Source of the DNA: Candidatus Liberimonas magnetica
GTDB taxonomy: Bacteria; Elusimicrobiota; Endomicrobiia; Endomicrobiales; JAFGIL01
Direction of reading: 5' to 3'
DNA: 64,000 nucleotides
NCBI GenBank assembly: GCA_020523885.1
Contig: JAJAPY010000016.1
Location: 10,359-74,358 of the forward strand
Below the pieces are notes generated by a model. That model was not told the origin of the DNA. It ran no database searches and worked only from the letters and a program-made list of their open reading frames with translations. Below, one piece after another: positions 1-9,205 of this stretch. The translations under genes were made by a program, and so were the position numbers. How positions within the stretch are numbered: position 1 is the stretch's first letter; each line of letters opens with the position of its first letter.

Positions 1-1
1 T

Positions 2-562
2 AAAGGCGAACCGTATAACGCTGGTTTTTTTTTCCTTTTAGAGATACTCAGTGTATATATTCTTCCTGGAATTCTGGCCCTGGGTATCTTAGGCGCTATT
101 ATAGAACCATCGGTTAAAGGAATTGCAAGAGACACTCTTTCTGAGGATAAAAAAAGCAGCTTTAAAGATGTTTTTGTTTATGCGGGAAAAGTCTACATAT
201 TTATAATGGGACTGGTTTATCTTGGCAGAGGATTTAAACCTATTATAGACACATACATAATAAAACTGCCAAGCGCTGCGCTTTACTGGATAAACAGTAT
301 TTCAGCGATATTGGACAACGCTACTTTAACAGCTGCTGAAATAAGCCCTTTAATGAGCTTGGCGCAGATAAAATATCTGTTGATGGGTCTTCTGATAGCC
401 GGCGGTATGCTTATACCGGGGAATGTACCTAACATAATCTGTGCCGGAAGGCTTAAAGTCAGTTCCAAACAATGGGCAAAAATCGGAGTCCCTGTCGGCC
501 TTGTCCTGATGATAATTTATTTCATCATTTTTTCGTTAATAGAACACATTTTCATTACTTAA
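2..562 (+). CDS. Polytopic membrane protein, DUF1646-like putative cation transporter; 5' end cut by the window edge
   Basis: Frame 2 is open from nt 2 to the TAA at 560-562. The ORF track reports it only from an internal Met at 206. Hydrophobic helices; the LDNATLTAAEISP stretch resembles DUF1646 as I remember it. Confidence 0.4.
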   Translation, partial: KGEPYNAGFFFLLEILSVYILPGILALGILGAIIEPSVKGIARDTLSEDKKSSFKDVFVYAGKVYIFIMGLVYLGRGFKPIIDTYIIKLPSAALYWINSISAILDNATLTAAEISPLMSLAQIKYLLMGLLIAGGMLIPGNVPNIICAGRLKVSSKQWAKIGVPVGLVLMIIYFIIFSLIEHIFIT

Positions 563-664
563 AAGTAATTTAATAGCTTAAAACCGTCACTTATTTCTTA
601 CCCCGATTTCCCGCTAATCCTTAGCAAAAAAGCAAAAAAGTAAAAAACTATAGAATAAGTAATC

Positions 665-693
665 TTGACTAAAAGTATTTATTTAAGTATAAT
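665..693 (+). promoter_or_regulatory. Sigma70-type promoter candidate upstream of the rnf operon
   Basis: TTGACT (665-670), 17-nt spacer, TATAAT (688-693). Confidence 0.5.
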
Positions 694-703
694 TTTTTAA
701 CAT

Positions 704-733
704 TAGGCAGATTAGAGTCTGCCTATTTTTTTT
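704..733 (+). terminator. Intrinsic-terminator-like hairpin with U-tract (terminator of upstream gene or leader attenuator)
   Basis: TAGGCAGA-ttagag-TCTGCCTA 8-bp stem followed by T8 (726-733). It lies about 10 nt downstream of the predicted -10 box. Confidence 0.55.
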
Positions 734-787
734 AATTTTATCATGTCAAATTAATAAATAGATTTGAGCAGGATTATCAATAAGAAA

Positions 788-2116
788 ATGAAAAAAGCAT
801 TCAAATTTTACGGTGGGGTTTACCCTCCTGAAAATAAAATAACTGCCGAAAAATCCATAGAAGTCATGCCTGTTCCTGATAAAGTGGCATTGCCGCTTAT
901 CCAGCATACCGGGATAAAATGTAAAGCTCTTGTTTCAAGAGGCGATACAGTGCTTCTGGGGGAGGAGATAGCCGAAGCTCAAGGGCATATTACAGCTCCC
1001 GTACATGCTTCTGTTTCAGGGAAAGTCAGTGATATTACGGCTTACCTGCATCCGTACCTGGGTGTACCGGTAGAGGCCATAGTAATAGAATCAGACGGAA
1101 AAGATGAAAAGGTAAAACCTAAAAGAGTTTATGACGCTTATTTCCGCTGTGCGCAGAAAGAGCTTATAAGTGCCATAAAGGATGCGGGGATAACAGGGCT
1201 TGGAGGTGCGGCATTCCCTACCCATGTAAAGCTTTCTCCTCCAAAAGACTCTGAAATAGATTTCCTCATAATAAACGGCTGCGAATGCGAGCCCTATATT
1301 ACCTCTGATGACAGGCTTATGCAGGAGCATTCGAAAGAAGTAGTAGAAGGCGCAAAGATAATGATGTATATACTCGGTGCGGTAAAATGCATCATAGCTA
1401 TAGAAGACAACAAACCGCTTGCCATAGAAATAATAAAAAATATAGTTTTCAACGAGCCGAACATAGACCTGGCTGTGCTTAAGGCTCATTACCCTCAAGG
1501 CTCAGAAAAACAGCTTATAAAAGCTCTGACCGGCAGGGTAGTACCTTCTAATAAGCTGCCATTTAATAGCGGTGTTATAGTTAATAATGTGGCTACCGCG
1601 TATGCGGTAAGCCGTGCTATAAAGGAAGGGGAAACTTTAACTTCAAGGATAATAACGGTAAGCGGTAAGGGAATCAATAATCCTAAAAACCTGAAAGTGA
1701 GGCTCGGTACTCTTTTAAGCGATATTGCCGATTATTGCGGAGGGCTTACTGATGATCTGGCGCAGATAGTGATGGGCGGGCCGATGGTGGGGATCAGCAT
1801 GCCCTCGCTTAATATTCCGGTTATAAAAGGAACCACCGGTATTTTGTTCTTTTCAAAGAAAGAGGCTATAAAAAGGGAATATTCCGATTGTTTCCGCTGC
1901 GGAAGGTGCGTCAGGGTATGCCCCATGGAACTTTTCCCGAACCAGCTGAGCGTTTTTATTGAAAATAATTATATTGAAGAGTCAAAACAGTTCTACCCAA
2001 TGGAATGCATCGAGTGCGGGTGCTGCAGTTATGTGTGCCCTGCCAACAGGCCTATCGTTCAGCAGATAAGGTTTATAAAATATAAGATTTGCCAGGAGCA
2101 AAAAACGGAAAAATAA
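788..2116 (+). CDS. rnfC: Rnf electron transport complex subunit C
   Basis: GLGGAAFP nucleotide-binding motif. Two C-terminal CxxCxxCxxxCP motifs (CFRCGRCVRVCP, CIECGCCSYVCP). First gene of an rnfCDGEAB array. ATG 788 preferred over the TTG at 764 used by the ORF track. Confidence 0.9.
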   Translation: MKKAFKFYGGVYPPENKITAEKSIEVMPVPDKVALPLIQHTGIKCKALVSRGDTVLLGEEIAEAQGHITAPVHASVSGKVSDITAYLHPYLGVPVEAIVIESDGKDEKVKPKRVYDAYFRCAQKELISAIKDAGITGLGGAAFPTHVKLSPPKDSEIDFLIINGCECEPYITSDDRLMQEHSKEVVEGAKIMMYILGAVKCIIAIEDNKPLAIEIIKNIVFNEPNIDLAVLKAHYPQGSEKQLIKALTGRVVPSNKLPFNSGVIVNNVATAYAVSRAIKEGETLTSRIITVSGKGINNPKNLKVRLGTLLSDIADYCGGLTDDLAQIVMGGPMVGISMPSLNIPVIKGTTGILFFSKKEAIKREYSDCFRCGRCVRVCPMELFPNQLSVFIENNYIEESKQFYPMECIECGCCSYVCPANRPIVQQIRFIKYKICQEQKTEK

Positions 2117-3078
2117 TGGCTAAAAAAACTTTTGATTTTTCAAAACTGATAATTGCGAATTCTCCCCATATGCATGATAGAATAAGCATATCAAAGGTCA
2201 TGCTTGAAGTTATAATCGCTCTTGTCCCTGCCATAACGGCATCGGTTTATTTTTTCAGGCTTGATGCCGTGACAGTTATTTCTGTGTCGGTAATAACTTG
2301 TTTGTCTGCGGAATATCTGTGGCAGAAGCTCTTTAAGCTCAAAGTAAGGATAAATGACCTGAGTGCTGCCGTAACAGGGATACTTTTTGCCCTTACCCTT
2401 CCGCCGTCTGTCCCCTGGTGGATGGTCATGATAGGAGCTTTGATATCGATACTCCTTGCCAAGAACGTTTTCGGAGGCCTCGGGCATAACCCTTTTAACC
2501 CGGCATTAGTAGGAAGAGCGTTCCTCCAGATTTCCTGGCCGCATGAGATGTCGTCATGGAAGCCGGTCTTTGATGCAGTGACAACAGCTACATCCGTAGA
2601 AGGGGTTTCAACAGCAACGCCCCTTGCTATAAATAAGTTTCATCTGCATTACAGTCTCCCATCGTATTTTGATTTTCTTATAGGCAACCATGCAGGGTCT
2701 ATAGGAGAGACATCAATCGTAGCTCTTGTTATCGGGGGAGCCTTTCTGTTATACAGAAAACATATATTTGCCGTTATACCCTTAACTTACATCACCACTG
2801 TTGCACTTGGGGCATTTGTATTTAAACAAGGCCCGCTTTTTCATATTTTCAGCGGAGGATTGATGCTCGGAGCCATATTTATGGCAACTGACCCCGTAAC
2901 TTCGCCGTTATCAGGCGCCGGAAGGTTCATCTTTGCGATCGGATGCGGGGTTTTGACTATTTTAATACGCTTAAAAGGCGGTTTTCCCGAATGTGTATGT
3001 TTTTCCATACTCATTATGAATATGTTTACGCCTCTTATAGATAGGTATACAATACCAAAACCATTCGGTGTAAAATAG
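2116..3078 (+). CDS. rnfD: Rnf complex subunit D (membrane, FMN-carrying)
   Basis: NqrB/RnfD-like polytopic protein with a VSTATPL flavinylation-type motif. ATG 2116 overlaps the rnfC stop (TAATG); the track start at 2089 lies inside rnfC. Confidence 0.9.
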   Translation: MAKKTFDFSKLIIANSPHMHDRISISKVMLEVIIALVPAITASVYFFRLDAVTVISVSVITCLSAEYLWQKLFKLKVRINDLSAAVTGILFALTLPPSVPWWMVMIGALISILLAKNVFGGLGHNPFNPALVGRAFLQISWPHEMSSWKPVFDAVTTATSVEGVSTATPLAINKFHLHYSLPSYFDFLIGNHAGSIGETSIVALVIGGAFLLYRKHIFAVIPLTYITTVALGAFVFKQGPLFHIFSGGLMLGAIFMATDPVTSPLSGAGRFIFAIGCGVLTILIRLKGGFPECVCFSILIMNMFTPLIDRYTIPKPFGVK

Positions 3079-3100
3079 GGTTTTGAAAAATCCAATAACC

Positions 3101-3190
3101 CTTGATTATGGTGATTAACTACAAGATTACAATGATCAATTATCTTAGAAGTATCACCGTAATCAAAGTTATGAATCTCTGTAATCAGGA
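3101..3190. repeat. Stutter-arm inverted repeat, GATTACA dialect
   Basis: The left arm cttgattatggtgattaactacaagattacaatgatc is mirrored by the right arm atcaccgtaatcaaag...ctctgtaatcagg, in the rnfD/rnfG spacer. Confidence 0.7.
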
Positions 3191-3198
3191 ATTTATAA

Positions 3199-3747
3199 AT
3201 GAAGATATTTAAATCAGGATTGATACTTCTAATACTCTCGGTTGTTTCAGGGGCCAGCTTATCTTTTGTCTACAGGCAGACAGAAGGACTGATCAAAGAT
3301 GCAAAAGCTAAGAAATTATATGATATGGAAAAGGAGCTATTGCCAGATGCCCGGAGTTTTAAAGAAATTGAAGACGGCAGTGTTGTGCTTGGGTTTAATG
3401 CCGAAGGAAGAAAGGCCGGTGTGATAGTTTTGTCAAGTTACAAAGGGTATGGCGGTATGATAGATATCCTGGCAGGGATTGACGAGCAAGACCGGGTCAC
3501 AAAGGTAAAGGTACTCAAACATACTGAAACTCCCGGGCTTGGAAACAGAGTAGAAAGAGACGATTTCCTCAGCCAGTTTACAGGGAAGAACTTGGCTGCA
3601 ATTTTTCTTAAAAAAGATAATCCGAACGGGGAGATAGAAGCCGTGACAGGAGCTACTGTCTCTTCCCGCGCTATAGTAGAAAGCGTTAAAAAAGCACTTG
3701 CTAAATCGTCAAATTATGAAGAAAAGATAGAGGTGAAAGAAGAATGA
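3199..3747 (+). CDS. rnfG: Rnf complex subunit G (FMN-binding)
   Basis: N-terminal TM helix, FMN_bind domain with TGATVSS flavinylation motif, position in the rnf array. Confidence 0.85.
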   Translation: MKIFKSGLILLILSVVSGASLSFVYRQTEGLIKDAKAKKLYDMEKELLPDARSFKEIEDGSVVLGFNAEGRKAGVIVLSSYKGYGGMIDILAGIDEQDRVTKVKVLKHTETPGLGNRVERDDFLSQFTGKNLAAIFLKKDNPNGEIEAVTGATVSSRAIVESVKKALAKSSNYEEKIEVKEE

Positions 3748-4430
3748 AACTCTGGCTTCAAATATTCTTAAACGGCATAACAAAGGAAAACCCTGTACTT
3801 ATAATGATGATCGGGCTTTGCCCTGTACTTGCCTGCTCCTCAACCGCTATAGATGCTCTTGCTATGGGCATAGTTACTACTTTTGTACTTGTTTCATCGA
3901 ACATCCTGGTTTCCGCCCTAAAGAGATGGACGCCTTCTGAGGTCAGGATACCGGCCTTTATAATAATCATTGCGAGTTTTGTGACTATAGCAGACTATCT
4001 TATGCAGGGTTATTTTCCGGACATCAGCAAAAACCTTGGCGTGTTCGTACCTTTGATAGCCGTAAACTGTATAATACTCGGCCGTGCAGAAGTTTTTGCG
4101 TACAAAAATTCCATGTGGCTTTCCTTCTTGGATGGTTTTGGCATGGGCACAGGATTTACTTTAGTGATACTCCTGTTAGGTGTTATACGCGAAGCTCTTG
4201 GAGCAGGCACGGTATTTCAACATAACCTTGGAATAAGCAATCCCGCCACTTTGATGATACTTCCTCCCGGTGCTTTTATAACCATAGGATTTCTGATAAT
4301 TATCTGGAGAGCCATATATAAAAAAGATAAAATTTCCGGTGCTTCCTGTTCTCATTGTAACCTGCTGCAGATATGCCATCCTGTCGAGAGCGGGAAATGT
4401 GAAGTAATAGATGAATTGGATAAAAAATAA
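3744..4430 (+). CDS. rnfE: Rnf complex subunit E, with an unusual Cys-rich C-terminal tail
   Basis: RnfE/NqrD-type polytopic protein. ATGA overlap with rnfG. Tail is SCSHCNLLQICHPVESGKCEV. Confidence 0.9.
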   Translation: MKLWLQIFLNGITKENPVLIMMIGLCPVLACSSTAIDALAMGIVTTFVLVSSNILVSALKRWTPSEVRIPAFIIIIASFVTIADYLMQGYFPDISKNLGVFVPLIAVNCIILGRAEVFAYKNSMWLSFLDGFGMGTGFTLVILLLGVIREALGAGTVFQHNLGISNPATLMILPPGAFITIGFLIIIWRAIYKKDKISGASCSHCNLLQICHPVESGKCEVIDELDKK

Positions 4431-4454
4431 AGCGTTGAGCGTATAGAATCTCCA

Positions 4455-4513
4455 GGTTTAAGGTGTAAGGGTAAGGTTTAAGATTTAAAACTTACCCCTT
4501 ACTCCTTATCCCT
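4455..4513. repeat. Stutter-arm inverted repeat, AAGG/CCTT dialect (single copy)
   Basis: ggtttaaggtgtaagggtaaggtttaag ... cttaccccttactccttatccc in the rnfE/rnfA spacer. Confidence 0.6.
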
Positions 4514-4534
4514 GTTTTTATCATGGAGTTATAA

Positions 4535-5125
4535 ATGCATTTTAGCGAGATGTTTTCGATTTTCTTTGCTGCACTTATAATCAACAATATAATCCTGATG
4601 CGGTTCATGGGGCTTTGCTCTTTTCTAGGGGTTTCGGACAAAATGAAGCCATCGATAGGCATGAGCCTTGCGGTCGCTTTTGTAATGATTATGTCAACTG
4701 CGGTTACTTGGCCTTTATATAATTATATCCTGATCCCGTTCCATCTTGAGTTCCTGCGCACAATTTCTTTTATACTTGTGATAGTCTCTCTCGTCCAGGC
4801 CGTCGAGATTTTTATGAAAAAAAATGCCCCGGTGCTTTACGGGGCCCTGGGCATTTATCTGCCTCTTATAACAGCCAACTGTGCGATACTTGCCGTGACT
4901 TTCCTGAACACAGATCATAACTACGATTTTCTGAGATCTCTCATACATACTCTGGGAGTAGCAGGAGGATATTCGATTGCCATAATCCTTTTGACGGCTA
5001 TACGGCTCAGGCTAAACTTCGCACCGGTCCCCAGATTGATCAGGGGTTATCCGTTGATTTTTTTTACCGCAGCACTTATGTCTCTTGCTTTCATGGGCTT
5101 TACAGGCCTTTTTGGGATACATTAA
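4535..5125 (+). CDS. rnfA: Rnf complex subunit A
   Basis: RnfA/NqrE-type six-helix membrane protein, paralogous to the preceding RnfE; position in the array. Confidence 0.9.
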   Translation: MHFSEMFSIFFAALIINNIILMRFMGLCSFLGVSDKMKPSIGMSLAVAFVMIMSTAVTWPLYNYILIPFHLEFLRTISFILVIVSLVQAVEIFMKKNAPVLYGALGIYLPLITANCAILAVTFLNTDHNYDFLRSLIHTLGVAGGYSIAIILLTAIRLRLNFAPVPRLIRGYPLIFFTAALMSLAFMGFTGLFGIH

Positions 5126-5137
5126 CGACAAAAACTC

Positions 5138-5188
5138 ATTTAATAATGCCTTTAACTTTAATTTTGCATTTTGATATTTTCAATTTGA
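5138..5188. repeat. TGCAAAAT-dialect element, core box plus right arm only
   Basis: tttaataatgcctttaactttaattttgcattttgatattttcaatttga. It matches the core and right arm of the elements at 7613, 9096, 11164 and 25202. Confidence 0.65.
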
Positions 5189-5197
5189 ATTAGAAAT

Positions 5198-6040
5198 ATG
5201 ATTATTGACCCTCTCATACTACATTCAATATTATTTTTAGGAGGTCTTGGTTTTATTTTAGGGATCGGGCTTGGTTCAATATCGCAAAAACATTTTTCAA
5301 ACCCTGACCTGCGCCGGGAAAGGCTTTTTAAGCTTCTACCAGGCACAAATTGCGGAGCTTGCGGTTTTTCCGGATGCAGCGCTTATTCATCTGCTTTATT
5401 AAATAATGAAACTGAAACAGATAAGTGTACTTCTTTAAAACATGGAAATAAACTTGAAATATCAAAATTATTGGGTATACCTGAGAAAAGCTCTGAACGT
5501 AAAACAGCAGTCATATTTTGTGCAGGCGGCAGAGAATGCAAAAATAAAATTGACTATCGCGGAATTAAAAGCTGCTCAATGACCTTGTTGGAGTTTGGCG
5601 GAAACAAGGCGTGCAGCAGGGGTTGCCTCGGGTTTGATGACTGCATAACAGCATGCAGGTTCGGTGCCATAGCAAAAAAGACCAAAGGAGATGTCCCTGT
5701 AATAGATACGAACAAATGTATTGCCTGCGGGGATTGTGTAAATGCCTGCCCGAACGGTCTGATACAGCTTGTGCCTGATAAGTTCAATTATCACATACTT
5801 TGCCGGACACAGGACAGGGTCACAGATGTAAAGAATTTCTGTTCAATAGGTTGTATCGGGTGTGGGATATGCGTTAAAACCTGCCCAAAGAAAGATATTT
5901 TAATTGAAGAGAACCTTGCCTACATGAAGTATAAAGAGTGTGATAACTGCGGGCTTTGCGCTCAAAAATGCCCGACTAAGAGTATCTCATTTATTAAACC
6001 CGCTGTAGTTTCAACTAATTTTATTAATTCGGTTGATTAA
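5198..6040 (+). CDS. rnfB: Rnf complex subunit B (polyferredoxin type)
   Basis: N-terminal TM helix, CGACGFSGC cluster motif, then CIACGDCVNACP, CIGCGICVKTCP and CDNCGLCAQKCP ferredoxin motifs. Confidence 0.85.
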   Translation: MIIDPLILHSILFLGGLGFILGIGLGSISQKHFSNPDLRRERLFKLLPGTNCGACGFSGCSAYSSALLNNETETDKCTSLKHGNKLEISKLLGIPEKSSERKTAVIFCAGGRECKNKIDYRGIKSCSMTLLEFGGNKACSRGCLGFDDCITACRFGAIAKKTKGDVPVIDTNKCIACGDCVNACPNGLIQLVPDKFNYHILCRTQDRVTDVKNFCSIGCIGCGICVKTCPKKDILIEENLAYMKYKECDNCGLCAQKCPTKSISFIKPAVVSTNFINSVD

Positions 6041-6061
6041 ATTAAAAAATAATAGTATAAT
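6033..6061 (+). promoter_or_regulatory. Sigma70-type promoter candidate for rpsB-tsf
   Basis: TTGATT (6033-6038), 17 nt, TATAAT (6056-6061). Overlaps the rnfB stop codon. Confidence 0.45.
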
Positions 6062-6175
6062 ATCAAATCCAAAAATACACACACTCCCGGATTTTCTTCA
6101 AAGTCCCCGGTCCTGGACTGGGGTTGAAGGGAAGATGAACGGAGTGGAGGAAAAAACTAAGGAGGGAGTAAAGGT

Positions 6176-7012
6176 ATGGCAAACATTTCGATGAAAGCGC
6201 TTCTGGAAGCAGGCGTGCATTTTGGCCACCAGACGCGTAGGTGGAACCCGAAGATGGCAAAATACATCTTTGGAAGCAGGAATAAAATACATATTATTGA
6301 CCTGCAAAAAACCGTAAAAGAGCTTAAAAAAGCTTACAAATTCGTAAGAGATTCAATCGCGGAAGGAAAGACTATTCTTTTCGTTGGCACGAAAAAACAG
6401 GCGGTAGTCCCGGTAAAAGAGGAAGCTATTCGCTGCGGGGCTTTTTTTGTATGCCAGAGATGGCTGGGCGGGACACTTACTAATTTCGAAACGATCAAGA
6501 AATCGCTCCAAAGGCTGCGTGACCTGAACAGGATGAAAAATGAAGGCATTTTTGATGCTATGTCTAAGAAAGAATCATCCAAGAGGGAAAGAGAAAGGCT
6601 TAAAATGGAGAAGTCTATGGAGGGTATAAAAGAAATGCGTGAGCTTCCCGGTCTTCTTTTTATCATAGACCCTTCTGAAGAAGCCACGGCTGTGGCAGAG
6701 GCGAGAAAGCTGGGGATACCTGTGGTCGCGATCGTTGACACGAACTGCAACCCTGAGATTATTGACCACCCTGTGCCGGGGAATGACGATGCGATAAGGG
6801 CTGTTAAGCTTTTCTGCTCCACAATTGCCGATGCTGTAATCGAAGGCAGGAACCTGGGCGGCAGGATAGATTCTGAAACTGCACAACAGCTTGAAGATTC
6901 AGCTGTAACAGGCGAACCCGCAGACGCTATAGAAAAAACTATTAAGCTTGACGAAAGTGACAATGTACAGGAAGAGAAAAAGGAGGTAGCTGCAGATGAG
7001 CCCAACAACTGA
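6176..7012 (+). CDS. rpsB: 30S ribosomal protein S2
   Basis: [20 protein letters not shown]-terminus, GGAGG SD 8 nt upstream, acidic C-terminal tail. Confidence 0.95.
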   Translation: MANISMKALLEAGVHFGHQTRRWNPKMAKYIFGSRNKIHIIDLQKTVKELKKAYKFVRDSIAEGKTILFVGTKKQAVVPVKEEAIRCGAFFVCQRWLGGTLTNFETIKKSLQRLRDLNRMKNEGIFDAMSKKESSKRERERLKMEKSMEGIKEMRELPGLLFIIDPSEEATAVAEARKLGIPVVAIVDTNCNPEIIDHPVPGNDDAIRAVKLFCSTIADAVIEGRNLGGRIDSETAQQLEDSAVTGEPADAIEKTIKLDESDNVQEEKKEVAADEPNN

Positions 7013-7604
7013 TTCAATTCAAAAACTGCGTTCAATGACCGGAGCGGGAATGATGGACTGTAAAACTGCCCTTGTTGAATGTAAAGATGATATAGAAAAA
7101 GCTGTACAATATTTAAGAGAAAAAGGGATCGCTACAGCGGTCAAAAAAGCTGCGAGGTCCGCAAAAGAAGGATTGGTAGTTTCGTATATCCATGCAGGAG
7201 GCAAGCTTGGCGTACTCCTTGAGATCAACTGCGAGACTGATTTTGTGGCAAGGACAGAAGATTTTCAGAACCTTGCAAAAGAACTCAGCATGCAGATAGC
7301 CGCTGCAAACCCCCTTTATGTGTCAAGAGAAGAGGTACCTGCTGAGGTGATAGAAAAAGAAAAAGAGATATACAAGAAACAGCTTGCGGAAGAGGGGAAA
7401 CCAAAACCGGCCAATGTCATGGAAAAGATAGTCGAAGGCAAGCTTGAGAAGTTTTATACGCAGGTAGTGCTTTTAGACCAGCCTTATATCAGGGATACGT
7501 CGGGAAAAGAGAAAGTAAAAGATATCATAACTAACACCGTTGCAAAGATAGGGGAAAATATCGTTGTTCGCCGTTTTGCCAGGTTCAGGGTTGGGGAAGA
7601 ATAG
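6996..7604 (+). CDS. tsf: Translation elongation factor Ts (short form)
   Basis: UBA-like N-terminus [27 protein letters not shown] motif, AAGGAGG SD. 17-nt overlap with rpsB. Confidence 0.95.
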   Translation: MSPTTDSIQKLRSMTGAGMMDCKTALVECKDDIEKAVQYLREKGIATAVKKAARSAKEGLVVSYIHAGGKLGVLLEINCETDFVARTEDFQNLAKELSMQIAAANPLYVSREEVPAEVIEKEKEIYKKQLAEEGKPKPANVMEKIVEGKLEKFYTQVVLLDQPYIRDTSGKEKVKDIITNTVAKIGENIVVRRFARFRVGEE

Positions 7605-7612
7605 TAAAAACG

Positions 7613-7711
7613 AAATGAAAAGTGCAAAATGAAAAATGAAAAATAGCATAAAATCTTTTTAATAAAAGCCTTTAACCTTAATTTTTCATTTTAAATTTTG
7701 CATTTTTCATT
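7613..7711. repeat. Stutter-arm inverted repeat, TGCAAAAT dialect (simple form)
   Basis: Left arm aaatgaaaagtgcaaaatgaaaaatgaaaaat. Core tttaataaaagcctttaaccttaatttt. Right arm tcattttaaattttgcatttttcatt. Ends 8 nt before the GGAGG of pyrH. Confidence 0.85.
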
Positions 7712-7729
7712 GATTTCTGGAGGTTTTGC

Positions 7730-8425
7730 TTGAAGTATAAAAGGGTGTTATTAAAACTTTCCGGCGAAGCTCTTGCCGGAAGCGGCAACTTCGGAATAAA
7801 TATCCCGAGCATTGAAAACATTGCTAAAGAAATAAAAAAAGCCGTAGAAAGGAAAGTGGAGCTGGCCATTGTAATAGGCGGAGGAAATATCTGGAGAGGC
7901 GCTGGAAAAAAGATAGACAGGGTAAAAGCAGATTATATGGGTATGCTTGCCACCGTAATAAATTCTTTAGCTATACAGAACGTGCTTGAAAAAAACGGCA
8001 TAAAAGCCTGTGTTTTGTCTGCTCTTGAGGTTTCTAAAATAGCTGAACTTTACGTTAGGGATAAAGCGATAGAGAATTTGAAAAACGGTTATGTCGTAGT
8101 TTTGAGCGGCGGTACCGGCAACCCCTATTTTACCACAGATACAACGGCTGCGCTCCGTGCGGCAGAGCTTAAAGCCGACGTGCTTCTCAAAGCTACCCAG
8201 GTTGACGGTGTTTATGATTGCGATCCTAAGGTAAACAAAAATGCGAAAAAATTCAAGAGTTTAAGTTATGATGAAGCTATACGAAAAAACTTAAGAATAA
8301 TGGATACTTCCGCTTTTTCTTTATGCAAGGAAAATAAATTGAACATAATCGTATTCAACTTCCATCAAGCCGGAAACCTATTTAAAGTTCTCGCAGGAGA
8401 AAATATTGGCACTTTAGTGTCATGA
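7730..8425 (+). CDS. pyrH: UMP kinase
   Basis: KRVLLKLSGEAL N-terminus, GGGNIWRG and GTGNPYFTTDT motifs. TTG start 7 nt after GGAGG. Confidence 0.95.
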   Translation: MKYKRVLLKLSGEALAGSGNFGINIPSIENIAKEIKKAVERKVELAIVIGGGNIWRGAGKKIDRVKADYMGMLATVINSLAIQNVLEKNGIKACVLSALEVSKIAELYVRDKAIENLKNGYVVVLSGGTGNPYFTTDTTAALRAAELKADVLLKATQVDGVYDCDPKVNKNAKKFKSLSYDEAIRKNLRIMDTSAFSLCKENKLNIIVFNFHQAGNLFKVLAGENIGTLVS

Positions 8426-8463
8426 ACTTTGCGGGTTCTAGCTGAATAATAAACTAATTTATT

Positions 8464-8525
8464 GGCTCGTCTCTTCCCGCCTGATCGGCGGATAAACTGG
8501 CGAGCCCGCCAGTGAGGCGGGGAGG
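8464..8525 (+). promoter_or_regulatory. GC-rich structured leader upstream of frr
   Basis: Outer pairing GGCTCG/CGAGCC encloses hairpin CCGCC-tgatc-GGCGG. A second hairpin, CCCGCC-agtga-GGCGGG, has a 3' arm that overlaps the GGGAGG SD. Confidence 0.45.
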
Positions 8526-8530
8526 TTATT

Positions 8531-9091
8531 ATGGATTGGAAACAGATACTTGTCAACGGTGAAATACCAATGAAGAAAACGATCGAAAAGATGAGGAATG
8601 ACTTTTCTGCCATAAGAACGGGCAGGGCAAGTGCGGCGTTGGTTGAGGGGCTCAAGGTAGAGAGTTATGGGGCTTTAATGCCTATAAACCAGTTAGCCAA
8701 TATAGGTACTTCGGATGCAAGGACGATAGAGATCCGGCCCTGGGATATTTCCCAGCTGGTAAACATTGAGAAAGCTATCCTTAAGTCAGACCTCGGGCTT
8801 ACCCCGATGAACGACGGTAAAATAATACGGCTGTCAATCCCTGCTCTTACCGAAGAACGCAGGAAAGACCTGACAAAAGTAGTGCATAAGATCGCCGAAG
8901 AATTCAGGATATCCGTGAGGAACGAGCGCAGGCAGATGCTTGAACAGGTAAAGAAAGCTGAAAAAGACAAGGCTATCACGGAAGATGACAGGAAAAAAGC
9001 AGAAGTACAGCTGCAAAAAGTCACAGATGATTATATAAAAAAGATCGATGAGATCTTAAAGACAAAAGAGAAAGAGATAATGGAAGTATAA
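8531..9091 (+). CDS. frr: Ribosome recycling factor
   Basis: Full-length RRF-like sequence (FSAIRTGRASAALVEGLKV...) and the conserved pyrH-frr context. Confidence 0.95.
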   Translation: MDWKQILVNGEIPMKKTIEKMRNDFSAIRTGRASAALVEGLKVESYGALMPINQLANIGTSDARTIEIRPWDISQLVNIEKAILKSDLGLTPMNDGKIIRLSIPALTEERRKDLTKVVHKIAEEFRISVRNERRQMLEQVKKAEKDKAITEDDRKKAEVQLQKVTDDYIKKIDEILKTKEKEIMEV

Positions 9092-9095
9092 CAAA

Positions 9096-9193
9096 AAATG
9101 CAAAATAAAAAGTGCAAAATGAAAAATTAAGGAAAAATCCATTAATAAAAGTTTTAAGATTAATTTTGCATTTTAATATTTGCAATTTGCATT
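9096..9193. repeat. Stutter-arm inverted repeat, TGCAAAAT dialect (simple form)
   Basis: aaatgcaaaataaaaagtgcaaaatgaaaaattaagg ... ttaataaaagttttaagattaattttgcattttaatatttgcaatttgcatt. Abuts the GGAGG of the ferredoxin gene. Confidence 0.85.
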
Positions 9194-9205
9194 GGAGGTT
9201 TTAAA

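Noticed and set aside
6334-7035. Long minus-strand ORFs, such as the 233-aa ORF at 6334-7035 opposite rpsB. Others lie at 25974-26576, 34793-35353, 38566-39096, 44951-45493 and 53793-54215.
   Set aside because: Each lies entirely inside a well-supported + strand gene with clear family motifs. Their translations are low-complexity (S/F/L/I-rich) with no recognisable domain.
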